DNA of 32,000 nt from Ignicoccus islandicus DSM 13165. GTDB lineage: Archaea > Thermoproteota > Thermoprotei_A > Sulfolobales > Ignicoccaceae. A model generated the notes under the pieces. It saw nothing but the letters and a program-made list of their open reading frames with translations. It did no database searches and was not told the origin of the DNA. Positions 27,880 through 32,000 of this stretch are shown one piece after another; positions within the stretch are counted from its first letter, which is position 1, and each line of letters opens with the position of its first letter. The DNA lies in assembly GCF_001481685.1 (NCBI RefSeq), contig NZ_CP006867.1:1050001-1082000 (forward strand). Reading direction: 5' to 3'. Position numbers and translations under genes: made by a program.

Positions 27880-28080
27880 GTGCGGACGGTGAGGTTGGTA
27901 ACTGTTAAGATGCCCGAAGCTTACGTGGAAGCGATAGACGAATTAGTAAAGAAGGGTAGGTTCACCTCTAGAAGCGAGGCAATAAGGGTCGCAATTAGAG
28001 AGTTACTGAGAAGGGAGATGTGGATAAGGGAGCTCCCGCCAGACGAGGAAGAGGAGGAAGACGTCATCGACGAGTTCTGA
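27880..28080 (+). CDS. Ribbon-helix-helix (CopG/MetJ-type) DNA-binding protein
   Basis: RLVTVKMPEAYVEAIDELVKKGRFTSRSEAIRVAIRELLRRE plus acidic tail. GTG start with TTTAAAAGTTTTA about 30 bp upstream. Confidence 0.87.
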   Translation: MRTVRLVTVKMPEAYVEAIDELVKKGRFTSRSEAIRVAIRELLRREMWIRELPPDEEEEEDVIDEF

Positions 28081-28825
28081 GTTCCCTCCCAGTTTCCCCT
28101 ACAATTTTCGATAAAGACCCGAAAACGCCTTCTTTCTCTAACTCCACGGTCATCTTAACGGTAATGCCACCGGGCGTTTCGACCCTTGCCCTCACTTCAA
28201 GCGGATCGTACTTCTTTAAGAACTCCATAGTTCCAATTACTGATTCCTTGACCATTTCCTCCGCTAGCTTCCTGTCTACGCCCGCGTAGACCAATGCCTC
28301 AACTAGGGAGTTATAGTAGAGCGAGTGAATAGCAGGTCCTGATCCGACTACCGGGAGGGCAGCGTCTAATACCTCTTCCTTGACCCATATGGGCTTCCCG
28401 AGCTTACTTAGAATCTCTTCAACTGCTTCGTCGTTACAACCGCCCCTTTCGCTAACGAGTACCGGCGACTTTCCTATTTCCACTGTAACTGAAGGCATAG
28501 TTCTGTAACCACACTTTACCTTCCTCCTAATTTCCTTCAATCCGTAGAGCGCGGCTGTAGATATGAGCGGTTTCTCAAGTCCCTCCATTTGACTCAAGAC
28601 GGAGTCCATCGCCGAAGGTTCCACTGAAACTATTACCACGTCACCGAAATTAATGCACGTCTTCAAATCAACTACTTCCAGGCCCTCCTTTCTGGCCAAC
28701 TCGTCCGTGGGAGGTAAGGTGGAGACCTTCATTTCGTAAAAGCGTTTAAGCCTCTTCCCAATGGCGGAACCTAGTCTACCGAAGCCGACTAAACATATCT
28801 TCAAGGCGTAACTCCGTATAAGCAT
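28064..28825 (-). CDS. Pyrroline-5-carboxylate reductase-like oxidoreductase
   Basis: [20 protein letters not shown]...[11 protein letters not shown]...[14 protein letters not shown]...PVVGSGPA...[12 protein letters not shown] pattern. The start may be the internal TTG before KICLV. Confidence 0.75.
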   Translation of the reverse strand: MLIRSYALKICLVGFGRLGSAIGKRLKRFYEMKVSTLPPTDELARKEGLEVVDLKTCINFGDVVIVSVEPSAMDSVLSQMEGLEKPLISTAALYGLKEIRRKVKCGYRTMPSVTVEIGKSPVLVSERGGCNDEAVEEILSKLGKPIWVKEEVLDAALPVVGSGPAIHSLYYNSLVEALVYAGVDRKLAEEMVKESVIGTMEFLKKYDPLEVRARVETPGGITVKMTVELEKEGVFGSLSKIVGETGRELRTRR

Positions 28826-28848
28826 ATGAACGACCAGTATTAGGCCCT

Positions 28849-29163
28849 TTGGGGAAGAAGCCTTTGGAAGGGGAGTATTACAAGCTAATTTCCCTCGGAC
28901 CCCCTAAGTTAACTAAGTTCGAAAGGGCCGCTATAATAGGCGTTAGGGCACTCCAACTCTCAATCGGCGCACCGCCCTTAATAGATGTCTCGAATATAGA
29001 AAATAAAGATCCAATTAACATAGCCAGGGAAGAGCTGAAGAGAGGACTATTACCGATAACAATTAGAAGGAGAACTATGGGAGGAAAGGAACAGAGGATA
29101 CCAATTGACTGGCTTCTCAAAGCACAGAAAGAAGTATACGGAGACCTACCCGAGCTCATGTGA
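28849..29163 (+). CDS. rpoK: DNA-directed RNA polymerase subunit K (Rpb6-like)
   Basis: [30 protein letters not shown]...[20 protein letters not shown]. Confidence 0.93.
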   Translation: MGKKPLEGEYYKLISLGPPKLTKFERAAIIGVRALQLSIGAPPLIDVSNIENKDPINIAREELKRGLLPITIRRRTMGGKEQRIPIDWLLKAQKEVYGDLPELM

Positions 29164-30046
29164 GCCCATAGGCGTCGGCGAAGGCGAGTACTTAGTAGGT
29201 CTTAGAGAACTGAAGGAGTGCAAGGAATTCAGGAGGTTCGTTGGCACTAAGTTCTCTCATTTCGTGCTTCTCAAGGAACCGGAACTTCAAGTACCTCCGT
29301 TTTACGCCTCGATAATATCAATTGTCCTTTACTTCTATTTCTCCTCTTCAATGGCATACGCCTTCTCGCAAAACACTAACTTCAACTTCGTTAGCGCCTT
29401 ATTTTGGTTCGTTTTCGGTGCATTAACTCCATTGCTAGTTCAATCCTTGTGTTTCCTAGCGTTCGCTCTGTTGCAGCGCTCACCGGTTTCGCTGACCCTC
29501 TTACCGGTACCATCGCCAATACCGGCTCTCTTGCCCAGTTTCGTTCCGACGAAGCCCTTAGTTAACAGAAGGAGAGCTTCCTTCATATCAACGGCCTCTC
29601 TAATAGCGGGTCTACTCGTTGCATTAGCGATATTATACTCATTTAGAGAAATGGAAGTAGTAATTAGGGTCCCGGAAGTCCAAAACGTTAAAGTCGCGCC
29701 CTTAGCGCTCTCCTTCTTCGTAACTACTCCGAACCCAGTTGCTATGGGAGTGCTAGCTTACGTGATATCGTTGCCTTTCCAATTGATTCCCTACCCGTTC
29801 TCACCAGGTTGGTTCGTCTTCGGTGAGCTTCCCCTCTCATGGATATCGTTCGTGATACCAATTACTATCGGCTTAAAGGACCAGCTAATGGCAACTGCGA
29901 CCTTCGGATACGCCATTTCTACGTTCCTTTCGCCATTAGTAATTAGGCCATTCCAATACGTTACGGATCCTTTCGAAAGGCCCTCGAGGATAGCAATAGC
30001 GATTGCTACAGGATTATTCGTCTTAACTGTCCCCGCGATCTGGTAG
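29105..30046 (+). CDS. Multi-pass membrane protein of unknown function (start uncertain)
   Basis: Several hydrophobic segments; the first ~20 aa overlap rpoK and the real start may be downstream. Confidence 0.6.
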   Translation: MTGFSKHRKKYTETYPSSCEPIGVGEGEYLVGLRELKECKEFRRFVGTKFSHFVLLKEPELQVPPFYASIISIVLYFYFSSSMAYAFSQNTNFNFVSALFWFVFGALTPLLVQSLCFLAFALLQRSPVSLTLLPVPSPIPALLPSFVPTKPLVNRRRASFISTASLIAGLLVALAILYSFREMEVVIRVPEVQNVKVAPLALSFFVTTPNPVAMGVLAYVISLPFQLIPYPFSPGWFVFGELPLSWISFVIPITIGLKDQLMATATFGYAISTFLSPLVIRPFQYVTDPFERPSRIAIAIATGLFVLTVPAIW

Positions 30047-30050
30047 CTAG

Positions 30051-30554
30051 GTGAAACTGAGATTGGCGAGAGACGCGAAGAAGGAAGCAATTGAATGGGG
30101 TAAGGCAATAGTAGAGGCTGTAGTAATACTGACCGTTCTGAAGTTCTTATTTAACACAGAGATACCTATTGCAGCCGTCGCTTCCGGTTCCATGTTACCT
30201 ACTTTAGAGAGAGGCGATCTGGTAATAGTAATAGGCTCGAAGCCTGAGAACATTAAGGTCGGAGACATTATAGTTTACCACTCTTGTCAAGGACCGTACA
30301 TTATTCACAGAGTTATAAAGGTAGTAAAGGAAGGCAGTACTTACTACTTCGTTACGAAAGGAGATAACAATCCCGGAACTGACTGGTGGCTAGATCAGTT
30401 CGTCGATTGCAAGAACGGGACGCCTCTCCCCGGGGTACCTCAAGGAAGGGTCGCTGGTAAGGTATTGGAGCTCTTCGGTCACCCAATAAAGATACCTTAC
30501 TTGGGATACGTCGCTCTAATAGCGTTCCCGTTCCTCTGGTGGGTTCCTCGTTAA
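30051..30554 (+). CDS. Signal peptidase I (S26B-like)
   Basis: AVASGSMLPTLERGDLVIVIG...VGDIIVYHS...IIHRVIKV...FVTKGDNNPGTDWW. GTG start. Confidence 0.9.
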   Translation: MKLRLARDAKKEAIEWGKAIVEAVVILTVLKFLFNTEIPIAAVASGSMLPTLERGDLVIVIGSKPENIKVGDIIVYHSCQGPYIIHRVIKVVKEGSTYYFVTKGDNNPGTDWWLDQFVDCKNGTPLPGVPQGRVAGKVLELFGHPIKIPYLGYVALIAFPFLWWVPR

Positions 30555-30724
30555 CCTCATTCCATTTTCAGTTAGTTGCGTAACGGAATATAATTTAGGA
30601 GTAAACTGAAACTAGTATACGTATAAAAATTTTTCCTTCTGAAGCCAAACTGAGTAAGACAGACCAGTCGAGAAGTTCCGATCTCTAACCCCTATTAACT
30701 AGTTAGCTAACCAAAAGTGGTGGC

Positions 30725-30736
30725 GGGGGGGGGGGG
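30725..30736 (+). repeat. Homopolymer tract of 12 G
   Basis: Counted directly: tggc-GGGGGGGGGGGG-acaaaa. Confidence 0.85.
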
Positions 30737-30795
30737 ACAAAATCGAAGCTTCCACTTAACATGGAAAATGACGTTATAGAAGAACGGGTGCAGCC

Positions 30796-31302
30796 TTGGT
30801 GTTCTTTCGCCACGTACTTTCCCGAGGTCTCGAAGAAGAACTGGATAGGGCCGACGAAAGAATAGAAGAGTTCGTAGCCGTCCACCTACTTGACGAACTA
30901 TCTAAATTAACGGACGAAGGCCCTTCCAAGTACATACTTTACAAGGTAATTAAAGACAATAGTAAGAAGCTTTTCCTTGAGAACGCTAAGGGCTATACCC
31001 TCGAGGAGACACTGAGCCAAATCTTCGGTAAGATAGGCAATACTAAGATAAGGAAAGAGGGTAATCAGATAGTAATAGAGATGGATAACTGTCCCTTAGC
31101 GAACCTACGTAATTTGAACCCTCAAAGGTGCATGGTACCAATAGCGATGTTAGCAGGATTAGTTGAGGCCGAAACGGGTAAGAAGGTAAAGGCTATCTCT
31201 CCCGCCGGCAAGTTCGGATTGGCTAGTGCAGAGGTAAACGTCGAAGTAACTAAGTGCGGTTCGCAGAACGGATCGTGCGAAATAAGGATCAGTGGAATAT
31301 AA
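30796..31302 (+). CDS. V4R (4-vinyl reductase)-like domain protein
   Basis: C-terminal MDNCPLANLRNLNPQRCMVPIAMLAGLVEAETGKKVKA...VEVTKCGSQNGSCEIRI resembles the V4R cysteine pattern. Start could be TTG 30796 or GTG 30799. Confidence 0.5.
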   Translation: MVFFRHVLSRGLEEELDRADERIEEFVAVHLLDELSKLTDEGPSKYILYKVIKDNSKKLFLENAKGYTLEETLSQIFGKIGNTKIRKEGNQIVIEMDNCPLANLRNLNPQRCMVPIAMLAGLVEAETGKKVKAISPAGKFGLASAEVNVEVTKCGSQNGSCEIRISGI

Positions 31303-31336
31303 ACAAATATATACTGATTTTTCGTTCTGCTATACG

Positions 31337-31456
31337 GTGAGTCCCTTGGAGGAGAGGCTTAAGGAGATAGAAGAATTCATCAATCCACTTAATATGAAGT
31401 TCCCTCACGAAAAGGTAATGGAACACCTAACTCATCCAGACCTCTTTGAGCTCTGA
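31337..31456 (+). CDS. Possible small protein (39 aa)
   Basis: GTG start, MSPLEERLKEIEEFINPLNMKFPHEKVMEHLTHPDLFEL*, with an ATATATA box about 26 bp upstream (~31308-31314). Confidence 0.5.
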   Translation: MSPLEERLKEIEEFINPLNMKFPHEKVMEHLTHPDLFEL

Positions 31457-32000
31457 ACTTACGTCCCTCAGAGCCTCCCTATACCCCCTTGGTACGAAAC
31501 CTAACACGTCTTCTATTTTCGTAGTCTTTAAACACGCCTTATGTGGCCTCTTAGCCTTCTGATTAACCCTACACGAACACGTCGCTTCCAATAGGTCCTC
31601 GTCTAAACCTAGGACCCTCACTATTTCCATAGCGAACGAGTATCTGCTTGCGCACTCCCTTCCAACGGCGTGAAGTAGAATAGGTCCCTTAAGTTCCTCT
31701 ATAGCTAGAATAGAGGCGTGAGCCAAGTCCCTAGCCAGCGTTGGATTGTTCCACTGATCGACGAAGACGCCTATTCTCTTACCTTCCATTACGTTCCTTA
31801 TAACCCATCCCGGGAACTTACTTCTCTTGTCTGCGTCGTAAACTACAGCAGTTCTCAACACTATAGCTCCCTCCAAGAGGGCCCTTTGTTCGCCTACGAG
31901 CTTACTAACTGCGTATTGGGAGAGCGGTCTAGGAATTGAATCCTCTGAATAAGGCGGATTCTCTCCATCGAACACAAAGTCTGTACTTACAGTTAAGTAC
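31427..32000 (-). CDS. RmlD-like dTDP-4-dehydrorhamnose reductase / SDR, N-terminus beyond the window
   Basis: Frame open to the edge: YLTVSTDFVFDGENPPYSEDSIPRPLSQYAVSKLVGEQ...RTAVVY. The Met of the tracked ORF is internal. Confidence 0.85.
   Translation of the reverse strand, partial: YLTVSTDFVFDGENPPYSEDSIPRPLSQYAVSKLVGEQRALLEGAIVLRTAVVYDADKRSKFPGWVIRNVMEGKRIGVFVDQWNNPTLARDLAHASILAIEELKGPILLHAVGRECASRYSFAMEIVRVLGLDEDLLEATCSCRVNQKAKRPHKACLKTTKIEDVLGFVPRGYREALRDVSSELKEVWMS

Overview
This 32 kb window is a compact archaeal chromosome segment. It is probably from a Desulfurococcales-like crenarchaeon, but that is inferred from gene content, frequent GTG/TTG starts, apparent leaderless promoters and a GAAAG-ended CRISPR repeat. 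From left to right it carries: a tightly coupled operon of cysS, a B3/B4-domain protein, an IMPase/FBPase-family gene and a giant RND-type membrane protein; pyrF; a type-4 uracil-DNA glycosylase; glyA; a Zn-ribbon protein; an orphan CRISPR array with 15 recognisable 26-bp repeats and no cas genes in the window; a LysZ/ArgB-like kinase; a cupin; an anion permease that looks N-terminally short; an HD-domain protein with an out-of-frame zinc-ribbon reading frame at its 3' end; an NAD-epimerase; a GT2 glycosyltransferase; prefoldin alpha next to a prefoldin-beta-like gene; a lone solute-binding protein; tRNA-Phe; a geranylgeranyl-reductase-family protein; rhomboid; aspS; amt-glnK; split ADP-forming acyl-CoA synthetase genes; MazG; dphB; an RHH protein; a P5CR-like protein; rpoK; membrane protein; signal peptidase; a V4R-like protein; and a partial RmlD-like reductase. 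The most interesting points are: (1) the orphan array, whose repeat variants are mosaic, with a leader-proximal-type repeat reappearing at position 14; (2) an HD/zinc-ribbon -1 frame arrangement with no canonical start for the ribbon; (3) pyrF, whose conserved first beta strand lies upstream of its only canonical in-frame start; (4) a 12-G homopolymer in an intergenic region; and (5) unlisted small ORFs, one with a well-placed TATA-like box. I found no convincing complete new defence system. All assignments come from reading the sequence; no database search was run.
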